DNA of 57,332 nucleotides, the filler included, from Sphacelaria rigidula (lineage: Eukaryota): assembly GCA_964200075.2 (NCBI GenBank). It is 4 parts of 4 records of this genome, joined end to end, with 100 filler letters (N's around TTAATTAATTAA, not from the genome) between each part and the next. Parts side by side here need not be neighbours in the genome. Positions count along the whole stretch, not along the records: positions 1 to 14,263 come from CAXNAA020002352.1; 3 more parts are not named here. The stretch is one strand, 5' to 3'. The position numbers were made by a program, and so were the translations under genes. Each line of letters starts with the position of its first letter. The stretch's first letter is position 1. The notes below the pieces were generated by a model. That model saw nothing but the letters and a program-made list of their open reading frames with translations, did no database searches and was not told where the DNA came from. Below, piece by piece: positions 1 through 11,190 of the stretch.

Positions 1-100
1 TCGAGCTATTGCCCAACTTCTCCAATGCCCTCCGGGCGTTGGTGTTATCGTAGAAAGTGTCGTCTCCACGTTCAAGTGCAGGAGTGTGTTGCTGCTGAAC

Positions 101-800
101 GTGCGCGTAGACGTGAGGTAGTCGGTGCTTACCACCCGCACGTGTTTGAGATTCAGAACATTGTTTCGGGGCGTGTTCAGACCGCCCATGTAGCTCGTTT
201 GCGTTTTTATGCAGGCTCACAGCTGAATGTTACGGCTGACATGAAGGACGTGTTCCAGCACGCTTTCACTCAGGGGCAATTTCAAATGACTGGTATCTCC
301 CGAGTGGCGGAAGCAGACGATCATTCGTTGATCGTGTTGGTCGACTGGGTTGGTTTCGAAGTTGAGGGGCGTGAGCCTTTCAAGAATATTTTTGAGGCCG
401 CTCTGGAATTTCTTACGAAGCAGTTGCATAAATTGCGCGTGAGTTTGGTATTAAATTGTGACTTACTCATCGTTTTGGCATTTTCTATGTTTCAAGCTTG
501 TTGCTCGACTTTCGTCCAACGCACTTTGGGGGTGCTGTAACGGAAATACGCCGTTACGTTGAATTGGTTATGATGATACAAATAATGACTGGGGGCACGG
601 GGATTCTGAAGGATTCTGGGAGGATCCTGGATAATGACCCGGGACACGGGGATGATACCCTGCGGGTCTGTGAGGCGGTGGTCGCAAGGGCACTCCTGAT
701 AATGAGATATTGCAAAGGCTGACAGCTGAAACTGAGGCCAGTGAGACTGGGTAGTCCCTCAACAGCAGACACCCACCAGATGTTCTTCTGACTGGCGTCA
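101..800 (+). mobile_element. 3' fragment of a chromodomain-bearing Ty3/Gypsy LTR retrotransposon (element A), with its 3' LTR at 536-800
   Basis: Integrase C-terminus (EVVGAYHPHVFEIQNIVSGRVQTAHVARLRFYA) and chromodomain-like LIVLVDWVGFE. A G-rich tract TTTGGGGGTGC precedes TGTAACG...TGGCGTCA (265 bp, TG...CA), which is repeated at 864-1120 and 4893-5157. Confidence 0.85.
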
Positions 801-863
801 CAAACTGGAAAGACTGGAGATGATGGTCCCGGGGTTGACGGGCCCGGGTAGCAGGTCGGGTCT

Positions 864-3800
864 TAACGCCAGCCAGTGGAAGAACTGCTGGATCACTACT
901 GTTGACGGACTCCCCAGTCTTACTGGCCTCGGTTTCAGTTGTCAGCCTTTACCACATCTCATATTATCGGAGTGACCTTCCAGGGCACCAGCTTTCTAGA
1001 CCGGCAGATACCATCTCCGTGTCCCCGGTCATCATCCAGGATCCTCCCCGAATCTCCGTGCCCCCAGGCATTATTCATATCATCACTACCAACTCAACGT
1101 AACGGCATATTTTCGCCACAGCACCCCCAAAGTTCGTTGGACGAAAGTCGAGCAACAAGCTTGAAACATAGAAAACGCCAAAACGATGAGTAAGTCGCAA
1201 TTGAATACCAAACTCACGCGTAATGCGAGCAGCAACGGCACGAATCACGCGCAATTTACGCAAATGCTTCGTAAGAAATTCCAGAGCGGCCTCAAAAAGA
1301 TCCTTGAAAGGCTCCCACGTACGCTCCTCAAATTCGAAACCAACCCAGTCAACCAACACGATCAACGAGTGATCGTCTGCTTCTGCCACTCGGACAATAC
1401 CAGCCATCTGAAATTACCAGCGAAGAAAGTGCATTTGTGCGCCGCCGCAAACAAACCAGCATTCTCTAAACGGACGAAGATAGCATCAAGCGTGTCTGCA
1501 AGTTCGTCTTCCGTGTCCGCGAAAAAAAACACATCATCCACCCTTATCTTGGATTTCAAGCCAACAAGAAGTTCTGTCATGATACCTGGGAAAAATGCCG
1601 TGGCATTCAATACGCCTTGCCCCACCCGCTTCGGGGTAAACAAGCCTAACGGGGTCGTGATTGTGAAAATTTCCTGCGCCTCCTCAGCCAACGGCATCTG
1701 CCAATAACCTTGGAGGAGGTCCAAATTGCTAAAGAAACGAGCACTCAAAGGATCACGCATGCCCGACTCTTGATTGGGCATCACACCCAGCGACTTCTTA
1801 ATCTGATCACTTACGGCCTTATAAACGCTCACCAGGTGAAACGAGTCTTTCTTGGAAACCGCCATCGCCGGACTGGACCATACCGCCTGCAGGTTCCGAC
1901 TCATGCCGAGATAGCCCCGCCACAAAAAGTGCACATGAGACGGTGCGACAAAATGGCTGCGATCCCACTATTGGGCTCGTCTGCATCAATTTCGCCCACA
2001 TGAGAGGCGTGGAGTAGTTTAAAATTAGCTACTACGCCCAAATAAGTCGCGTCGTGCAGCACGACACCAGCTTTAGCGACATTTATGATCATCGCCTCCG
2101 TGCACTTTTTTGGCCGGTTCGGGAGGGGGAGCTATCTCGGCAGCAGTCTTCCGGACTACCAACCCGAGCGCCAAAAGAGCCGCCATGCACGACGCCAACC
2201 AGCTCGACGTCACCGGATCGTACCGCCGCGGCTTCGCCTTCACCGCGAACGCCCCAGCTTTCAGCTAAACACGCATGGGCTCCACGCGCGCAGGGGGATC
2301 ACCCCGTAGCGCACGACGACGCGCGTTGACGCGGCGATGCAAGATGCCGCGCAGGCCTTCCGCTTTGGGGACGCTGAGGCCTTCGCCACAGCATCCGTCA
2401 CGCTCTCCTCCAGCGCGACCTTCCGAGCGGACTCCTCTTCCGCCGGGTCCATAAAACATCTCCGGGCCGCGCTCCACCAAGCGTTCCACCGCCGCATCCC
2501 GCTCCTCGGCCACCTGCCCCCCAGCCTCCTAGAAAGCATCCGCCGACAAGCTCACGCGACGACTGCCCAAAAAGGCGGGCGTCTCCACGTGCGAATCAGG
2601 CGGAGACATCCGCGTCTTTATGGAGTCCCAAAACCGCGCGTACGGGTTGACTCCTAGATTCTGAAGCGTCGGCAACCCCAGAAGAACAACGCCATCCGAC
2701 CCTGGCATGACCGCGAACGAGATCGGAGGCAACGGCGCCGTCCCCCAGGATGTCGTGAAAGTCAACTGCAGCGGAACAGTACTCTCCGTGATGGAAACAT
2801 GCTGACCCGACGCGGTGACAGCCTGCCGCGCCCCGAGCGAAAACGGCATGGGCAGTGGCACACCTGGGAGAGACGCTCAAACATCTCTACAATCTGCACC
2901 GACAGACTCACATGACTCGTGAAGTGGGCGCCAGAATTCAACACAGCCCGAACCGCGATGGCTTCACCCTCCCGTTGATTTGGAAGATGCAGCTCCGCAG
3001 GAAGGTACTAGTCCGCAAACTTCACTAGCACTTTATTCCCCGACCGATGCGCCGCTAATCCCACTTGACGCCACGGCTACGCAAGCTGTGCAGGCGAAGA
3101 CGCCCCGGCCGGTTCAAACGGCACCGTCAGCGGGTACGAGCCCTAGCCAGCATACCGAGAATTTGGCGAACCTCCGACCAACGCATCAACGCTGCTGCCG
3201 GCGTCGTCACCGGCGCCACCATCAGCGCCGGCGCAGTGTTCGACACTACAGAAGTCGGTCCCACCTGCACCGCCCGTTGCGGAGCAGCAGCACCTACGGC
3301 GGCGCCGGACCCAGAACCAGACCCATGCTGACGCCGCCGCCGCTGCCGCCGCTGCTGCTGCTGCTGCTGAGAACTCGCCTGCGACCCTCCACCACCGGGG
3401 GGTCCGCCGCCGCCACCACCCCGATCACCTCGTCCTTTGCCCTTGTGATGTCGATGCTGATGGCGCGCGGCATGAGACTGCCCAGGCTCTCCACCGGAAG
3501 ACGCTGGTCAATTGCGCGCGTAATGGCCGACCTGTCCAAATCGGTGGCAGGTGATGGTCGCGGCGTGCCCGGCCAATTTTGAGCGGTGGTGGCGCAAACA
3601 CTTTGGCGTGGGGGTGAACGACTGGCCGAACGCCTTTATCTTCCGCCACTCTTTGGCCTCGGCCACGACGGTGTCCACCACCAGGTAAGGATCGGCCTTC
3701 CAGTCTGCCTCGTGCTGCAACTTAACAAGCACGGCTTGCTTGGATTTTCTCGGCGTTAACCCCTTTCCCAAAGCTTTGATGATCACGGCAGCCGGGCCGG

Positions 3801-5157
3801 GAATAGATTCACAATTGAAGGAGCGATATACTAGTTCCACGTTCGGATTTTGTCACTACACGGGTGGCCACTGTAGTCTGTAACCTGGCCATTTTGGGAC
3901 CTTATCCACCTGTGGTAAGGCCCGCGAATTGCGTAGACAACTGAGGAGCATTCGCACAGCATGGACAGGATCGAAGCAAAACTTGTCCCAGTCTATAGGC
4001 GGGTGACTTCCCTGTGGACTGGAACATGTTTTGTTTCGAACCTGTCCATGCTGTGCGAATGCTCTTCAGTTGTCCACCCAATCCGCGGACCTTACCAAAT
4101 GTGGATAAGGTCCCAAAAAGGCCAGGTTACAGCCCCCAGTGGCCACCCGTGTAGTATTTTTCCAGATTTGGCAGGATTAGCGCCACCCGCTCTAACATCG
4201 TCTTTTCCCGAGACTCCATGGCGACAGCTTTTGCCACGGCCGCGGACGCTTGGGTCAACTCCACCTCGGCGCCAGCCGCATACCCAGCATGCTTTTTGAT
4301 CGCCGCAACAAATTGCGGCGCAGTTATTTTGCTCCCATCATGTTTCACACGCGCGAACACTCTTTGCACATGCGTCGGCACCTGTTGAGCCATCGACACA
4401 ACCTGATGTCGCACTGCACCCCGTGCGTTAGCGTGCTCCACACGCCTACTGTACTCCACGTACTTGGTATAAAAGTGCGAGGCGCACTTTCGAAGTACTT
4501 ATCCCCGTATTGGGGAGGTCGCAACTCTTTCCGCATAACCACGGGCGTCACGCTGGACGCACTACGCCAGCCGGTCGCCATAGCTACAGCCGGCTACCTG
4601 CGAACCTTGCGCAGGTCAGCGGACCTTCGCGAAATGCACACTTTACCCTTGCTTCGTCGCCGCACCACACAGTCGTAGGAGCCTCCAAACTCCCGCTGCA
4701 CGCAGCTTCAACAAGCCTCCAGTCTGGATCAATCACAGGTCAGCCGCCTTTTTGTAGCTACCATCAGCTTGAACCCCCTCCACGCGTCCGTGATGCTTCA
4801 GGTTGTCCCCAGCTGCCAGACTCCTCCGCCGAAATTCTTCCAGCAGGTTCTGCTAGGTACTAGCTGTAGCACTAACACTAGTATCGATTTTTTGACGCCA
4901 GCCAGAAGAAGATCTGGATGATGACTGCTGTTGAGGGACTACCCAGTCTCACTGGCCTCAGCTTCAGTTGTCAGCCTTTACAACACATCATTATCAGGAG
5001 TGCTCTTGCAAGCACAGCATCATAGACCCACAGGGTATCATCCCCGTATCCCCGGTCATTATCCAAAACCCTCCCACAACCCACCAGAATCATCGTGCCC
5101 CCGGTCATTATCCCGATCATCACCACCAATTCAACGTAACGGCGTATTTTCGTCACA
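864..5157 (-). mobile_element. Internally deleted, degenerate Ty3/Gypsy LTR retrotransposon (element B) with both LTRs
   Basis: LTRs at 4893-5157 and 864-1120. Gag-like frames ~3500-4500 with a CCHC-like knuckle (TCHRFGQVGHYARNC). Protease-like AVLNSGA at ~2940. RT (LDLLQGYWQMPL, QGVLNAT, RVDDVFF) at ~1420-2300, joined directly to the chromodomain region at ~1210-1417. RNase H and integrase are absent; stops and frameshifts are present. Confidence 0.9.
1898..2148. mobile_element. MITE with GACTnnTGCCGAGATAGC TIRs, inserted in the Gypsy RT
   Basis: TIRs GACTCATGCCGAGATAGCCCC / GGGGGAGCTATCTCGGCAGCAGTC and a 4-bp TSD TTCC on both sides. Removing it restores the RT frame LGLVVRNLQAVWSSPAM. A second copy lies at 45453-45698. 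Confidence 0.9.
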
Positions 5158-6567
5158 AGTCCGGGCTATGGCTGTACTCCTCTTTCAAAGTGCTCTGGCT
5201 CACCCAATTCGAGGCTTCGCTGTGTTTCCGCACGCTCCGCACCCTATGCACTGAGTGTAAAGCTACAGCCTACACACACATGACGTCCTGGATCAGATAG
5301 GCCGCACCCGATGTCCACAAGTAATAGCTATATCAATAACCTTTCCAAGCGCGTCAGCTTTTCAAGGGCCCTGGCTGTGGCAGGCGCCTTCTTCACTACT
5401 TTTGCAATAAACTTTCGTTTCCACTACTACAGTGGTCCTCACCAACTGATCGGTTCGACTAGTGTATCATGTTTCACTTTGTATATGGATGTTTTAACAT
5501 TAATCTTCAGCATGAGCAGTGTTGCTTAATCTTTCGTATTTACTTTACCTCCACGCCCAACAAATGCCGAGTCATTTCCAAAAGCACTTGTTTATTTGGG
5601 CATGTGATACAGCAGAGCGGTGTCGTAGCGACGTTGTGACGACTGGTCATGGTACTTGTATCCGTTACAATATTCTGATACATTACTTGTACATACGACT
5701 TCGATCAATATCATACTGCGTACTCTGGAGTATTACTTTTAACTTCACATTCCATAACAATACTCGTATATTTTCCGTCAACTTACTGGTTGCTTATCGC
5801 GTTGTTGTTAGTTGTGTCCATGGTTTTTACAGGATTCAGGAATCCTTTCTACCTACCATAATATATTTTTGATACTTTCACAACTTCAGCACATGTTCAC
5901 GATACTACATATGTGCTTCCTACGTACTTAGCCGGTAGGAGGTTCAGGCTAGTCCCTTGACTGTTCAACCCGACCAGTCGCGTAATAACGTTAATAATGA
6001 GCGGTGCTTCCCGCAGGGGGCGATGTGCTTCGAGTCCATCTTCAAATCCCCACCGCGAAGACACAACAACGATGGGTAGGGTACCAACAAGAATCCTCTT
6101 GATGCAGATACAAACAAATCTGGGAATCGGTTCAACAGAATCAGTCTAAGTCGAGCACAGTGTAATGCAATTTACAAGTGTGGAGTGTAATCCAGTTGGT
6201 ATTCGTTCCAACAATGATATAGAGCTCACGCCTTCATGCTGGTTGACACCTTTCGCGAATAGTTCGCTGCCCACCAACGTGCAATATTTAAATATCCCAC
6301 TGAATTGCCCAGCACCCGCATCGCTGGTTATCTTGCACCGCCTTGAGGCAAGACTTGCCCCTTATCACGCAGTTATACGATTAACTTGTTTCCGTTTGGT
6401 CGCATATTACGGGATTTTGGCGAGACTCAAACAGCAGTTGCGAGTCTTCCACTACGCTAACCCATTATGAGGAATAACACAGCGATGGGGACTGAGAGGG
6501 AGCGTTCACATCAAGAACTCGAGCGTCTAGCACAGAAACAGGAGGACTAGAGTAGCTTGTCGTATTG

Positions 6568-6762
6568 TAATGCGTGAGAGGACCGCGTGCTTAGAGGACC
6601 GCATCGGAATTTGAACACCCCCATAGTTAGGGTTAGCGTTGGGGTTTTTGTCAGGGGCGTGGTACCTGCAGGGACTGGCCCGATTGGTTTTGAAAAACAT
6701 CGATCCTGAGGTGTTTTGAAGTACAGCGCGGTCCTCTTAGCACGCGGCGCTCTCACGCATTA
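6568..6762. mobile_element. MITE-like inverted-repeat element
   Basis: TAATGCGTGAGAGGACCGCGTGCTTAGAGGACCGC at the left end and its near reverse complement ending at 6762. Weaker symmetry extends to about 6547 and 6785. TSD not resolved. Confidence 0.65.
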
Positions 6763-7272
6763 TAGTATCACAGAATTATTATTAGCCGCCAGCATCAAGG
6801 ATACATAGGCCTCGGTGATTTTTTCCGTGTTCATGCTCTCGTCGTGTCTCCCGGCGGATCATGCGCAGGCTAGGGAACTTTGCGTGTTCCTTTCAGCCCT
6901 ACATTGTTCGTAGCCCAGTACCCTCGATAGGCGAAAACGGCTTGGCGGGGATGCTGTGGGCGATGCGTGTCATATTCCAGGCATGTCCTCATGTCTTATA
7001 GGTTATACTTTGCGTTTGCTATTCTCAGTCGCTTGCACTTGTACCCACCCTAGTCACAATGCGCATGGGGACCCGACTGCCAGATGTTCATCTTGCCTCA
7101 TTCGCCCGTCACGTGGTATACAATAAATGACTGCCATAGGGTATGTTCCGAAGTGGGAAGCAGTTCGTATGGGTACAAGGCAAGAGGCCCAGCATGGTGC
7201 AGTGTCAAATTGGTTGCCGAAAATCGTATTTTTGAAGAGTTGAACAACCCTCCAACTAGACAATTACCATGC

Positions 7273-7516
7273 GAGTGATGCTACGGCAGGTGTTGCACGT
7301 TTTTAGCGAAAAGGTGTCTCGGGGATGCCCGGGGTGTTGGACGGGTCATTTTGTGAATCGGCATCACGATTCACGAAAAGATCCTTGCGTGCAAACACCA
7401 CGTTTCTGGGCGTCCGGTCCGCGGAGATGTGGGTTGCAGAGTAAGCACCATATATTTGTGCTCCTACAAGGAGAGCCCCAGAAGCAAAAAGTTCATCCCC
7501 TACGGTAGCACTGCTC
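7273..7516. mobile_element. MITE, GAG-terminus family (degenerate copy)
   Basis: GAGTGATGCTACGG...TACGGTAGCACTGCTC. Colinear with 44078-44329, and its termini match 29119-29376. TSD not conserved (ATGC/ATTA). Confidence 0.75.
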
Positions 7517-7598
7517 ATTAACTGAGACACCCGCACAGCACTGATCGGTACATCACACCCCATACTGCTGAAGAGAAACACTTGGCCCTTCTTGCTCG

Positions 7599-7790
7599 CA
7601 GTGATGCTCTGAAACTGTCCCCCAAAGGGTTTCTGCTTCTATAAGAAGCTTGGAGGCATGATGGAAGGGGCCACCTGTTCAACTACCGCAACAAATTCTG
7701 GCAGTGATGCCCCGAAACTGTTCCTAATATGTTTCTGGGTCTACAAGAGTTTGGAGACATGATTCTGATTGGCCAAGTCTTCGATTACCG
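7599..7790. repeat. Two diverged ~100-bp direct repeats
   Basis: CAGTGATGCTCTGAAACTGTCC...TTGGAGGCATGAT and CAGTGATGCCCCGAAACTGTTCC...TTGGAGACATGAT. Confidence 0.6.
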
Positions 7791-7899
7791 TGACTTATTT
7801 CGGCGGGTGCCGTGCACGGACCAAGACTGGGAAGAACTGCAGCGACAGAAACTAGAAAAACTGACACATTCTTAGCTTCGCTAGCCTAAAAGGAGACGG

Positions 7900-8370
7900 G
7901 TTTAGATGGGGAAGGAAACGTGTTTTTCCTTCAAAGCTGGAGGCTTGGCTTTCCCGTGATGACGGGAATCGACGGGGAACCCATAAGGATAGTGTGTATC
8001 CCTTTTTCGCTTTTGCTACTGTGTAGGGACAAGGACTCAGGGCAGAATATCGTAAGCAGCCTCTGGTCTTCAGCAGCGAAGAAGGAAGGGGGGATACCAT
8101 GGCACGCGGGGGTGCTGCAGGAAGCGGAGAAGTTCATGACACCTTGGCACAAGATCGAGGAAAAGGCCAATCGACTGCGTGAGATTGAACGGGCGCTTTG
8201 AGGAGAGTAGGGAGGAGATGGAAGAATGCGTAGCCAGCGTGTACCGAGCTGAACATGGGGGAAGCGACAGGATCCTGTAGCCTCTGCCAGACGATCTGGA
8301 CAAGAGGACTTTCAACGAGGGACTCCTCTAGTATCACTGGCCTCGTGCTCGACAAGCCCTTTTTTCTGAC
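7900..8370 (+). mobile_element. Probable 3' fragment of a non-LTR retrotransposon (LINE)
   Basis: The peptide WSSAAKKEGGIPWHAGVLQEAEKFMTPWHKIEEKANRLR resembles, from recall, the C-terminal tail of algal LINE ORF2. No RT motif is visible. Confidence 0.4.
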
Positions 8371-8607
8371 TTGTTATCATCACGGAGTGAACCTTAATAG
8401 ATCACATGCCAGACACCAAGGGACCGCAAAGAAAAGGGCTATTAATCCAGGATCCCCTGTCCCCTGCCACTGCTCAAATCATGCGTGCGATTATACTGAA
8501 ACCCTACGGCTTAGTATCATTTGGCTACAGAAACCTTGAAGCGAGTTCAAGACAAACAATCGAGCTTGACAACCAACAAAAATCAAGGCAAAATCGCATG
8601 CGCCAGA

Positions 8608-11190
8608 TCACAAAGAAATACCATACTCCAACGCTAATTTACTTGTCAGCGCCCGAGTCAACCGCATATCACGCANNNNNNNNNNTTCCTTCAAAACAAA
8701 TTCAGGCGCAGAAGAATAAATCCTACGAAGAGACTCCCACGTACGTTCCTCAGCACCGAACCCATCCCAATCGACCAAAACAATGGCATCACCATTGTTA
8801 TCCTCAGCGATATGCACCAAAGCATTCACCCGACATCCACGTTGAGCATATGAATGCTGAAATGCATATTTGAGCTCCGCAGTGATGTGCAACTGCGAGT
8901 CAGCATAGAAACGCAAACGAGCGACATAGGCCGAGTGTACGGCGCCAGGAACAATGTTCTGCACCGAATACACGTGAGCGTAATCGGCTCCGACCACTCG
9001 CCACGCACCTGTCCATGTGGGTATCAACTTGGGCGTCACACCTAGCCTACGAACACGGGTATACAAGACGAAATCTCCAACTGCTAACTTGGGTAACACA
9101 GCCTGGCCCTGAACAAGCTTGCGTGCGGTTTCGCGAAACACCGCGACAGCAGCTTGCACTTCGTTACAAAACCACTCGTGCTCGTCAACCACGCCTCGAA
9201 CCTCGTCACGCAACGTATCAGCATCCATGACATCAATGTTCCACTCCCCGCCAGCGACGGAGCCAGCGCGGAAAACGCTGTACGCGACGCACGCCCAAAC
9301 ATCACACAATACGGAGTGTTACGGTAGCGTTCACGAAAAAAAAATTCAACGCCCACTGAGCGGCTGGCAAGACATCAACCCATTCAGACACCGGCCGTCT
9401 TTGTTCCAACAAAATGGACCACAACGCACGAACAACCTCTTTCAGCATGCGTTCACATACACCATTCGACCAAGGGATATACGCAACAGCAAACTGGTGT
9501 GGCACCTTGAGCGCGTCGCTCAGCTACGCTATTTCTCGATACTTGAAGTGCGTGGCGATATCAATCACTCACACACGCGGCACCCCAAAAGTCTGACACC
9601 AATGGAACAAGTGCTGAGCCCTAACCTCGGCGATGCAAGCCTCGGTTGGTTCCAACCAGACGAAACTAGACAAATCAAACATGATAACCAAAACATGCCG
9701 AAAACCATCCTCATCAGGCAAACCATTAGCACCTTCAGGTCCGCTACTTCCGACGTACAGGAAATCAAAGTAAACAACTTCACCTGGCGCTGTACCATGC
9801 ACAGTATCGCCATACGGACGAGGTACAATCGCACCAGCACGAATGTCTACACGATGCAAACACTGGCGAACAAACTCGTGAACGTGGGAATCCACGTGAG
9901 GCCACACACAGTATTATTCCAAGCGAAACAGAGGCGGCGCCACACCACGGTGAGAAGCCGACCGCATGTGAGCGCACACCAACAAGCGAGTTTGTAGAGC
10001 CTTATCATCCGACGGAATTCACAAAACATAACTGCTACCAACACGCACGCGAAACAAACCATCGTCAGCCAAGGCAGCTTGACCGAAAGTCGCAGGAAAA
10101 GAATGAACACCGTCGCCGACTGTTTTGCGCTGCGCCGTACGAATGACATCTGACGGCGGCAGCGAGTCATCGGCATCACACGGCCTGTACACGGCAAGAG
10201 AACGAACAGGCACGATAGGAATCATCACCCAGCCAGACAACAAATCTCCCCAATAATTGTGCTCTCCAGGAATGTGTTCATTGGCATACCGATATTGGCC
10301 GAGCAGTCCTTTCCGATTTTCAAGTCGTTGCGCCATGGCCCCTGTCACCGATGTGACATACTCTTCGGGGTTAAACATGTATTTCAGGTTGTGATGATCG
10401 GTGAAAATGCGAACACCAAACCCCAAAGCAAGTACTCTGGCCTTCGAAATGTATTGACTATGCCGAAACCTTCTTTGTCCACTGTCACCCACCTCAACTG
10501 TGAACCCTTGAAGCTACCACTCAAAAAAGCCAACGGTTCGTGTGACATGTTTTCGAGCGTAATGCCGCTACTAAACGCGGTGACAGGCACTTGCGTTAAA
10601 AAAGTACCCCAGTGGAAATCCGAAGCATCTGGAAACATCAGAACAACGCACCCTGGACGAGGATGATACAGCGGCACCGATTGCGCCGCCAAATCTTGCG
10701 CAGCACGCCATGCCCGCACGCAATCCTCCGTTCAAGCGTCCTCCGGGATGATACGATTACGCGCTACCGGCTTGGTCCGACGAGAAGCCCCGATCAAAAG
10801 TTGTTCCAAAACCACACAAAGCGGTGCAACTATTTCCGCCATGCGCGGGAGCGACGTCCGCAACCATTTCATCGCCTGCAGAAACTCCATCAGCTCACTG
10901 GTGATTCGAGGACGTCGCATATTGCTCAAACCCTTGGAGTACACCTTACCACACCAAACACGACTTCGCGGGAAAAAGAAGTGCACTTATGCGCAGCGAC
11001 GAACAGACCAACAATCTCCAAGCGGCCAAGAATTTCGCCAAGCAAATCTAACAATGTTGTTTCGATTTCAGCTGAAGAGAAAACATTATCCACCCACACT
11101 TTATAGTATAGACCTCGCAAAATGTCAGTCAGCACACCTTGGAAATACGCCGTGGCGTTCAACACGCCCTCTGGGGGAAGTCCTCCACAC
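8608..11190 (-). mobile_element. Degenerate Ty3/Gypsy pol fragment (element C): RT, RNase H, integrase, chromodomain
   Basis: RT (LNATAYFQG, VWVDNVF), RNase H (FPDASDFHWG, IFTDHHNL), integrase (HHCC-like region, VVYFDFLYVG, PWSNGVCERMLKE) and chromodomain (VLVDWDGFGAEERTWESL), in Gypsy domain order. Many frameshifts; no LTR recognised. Confidence 0.9.

Noticed and set aside
9119..9997. Longest ORF in the track (292 aa, + strand)
   Set aside because: It is the antisense shadow of the Gypsy integrase on the minus strand.
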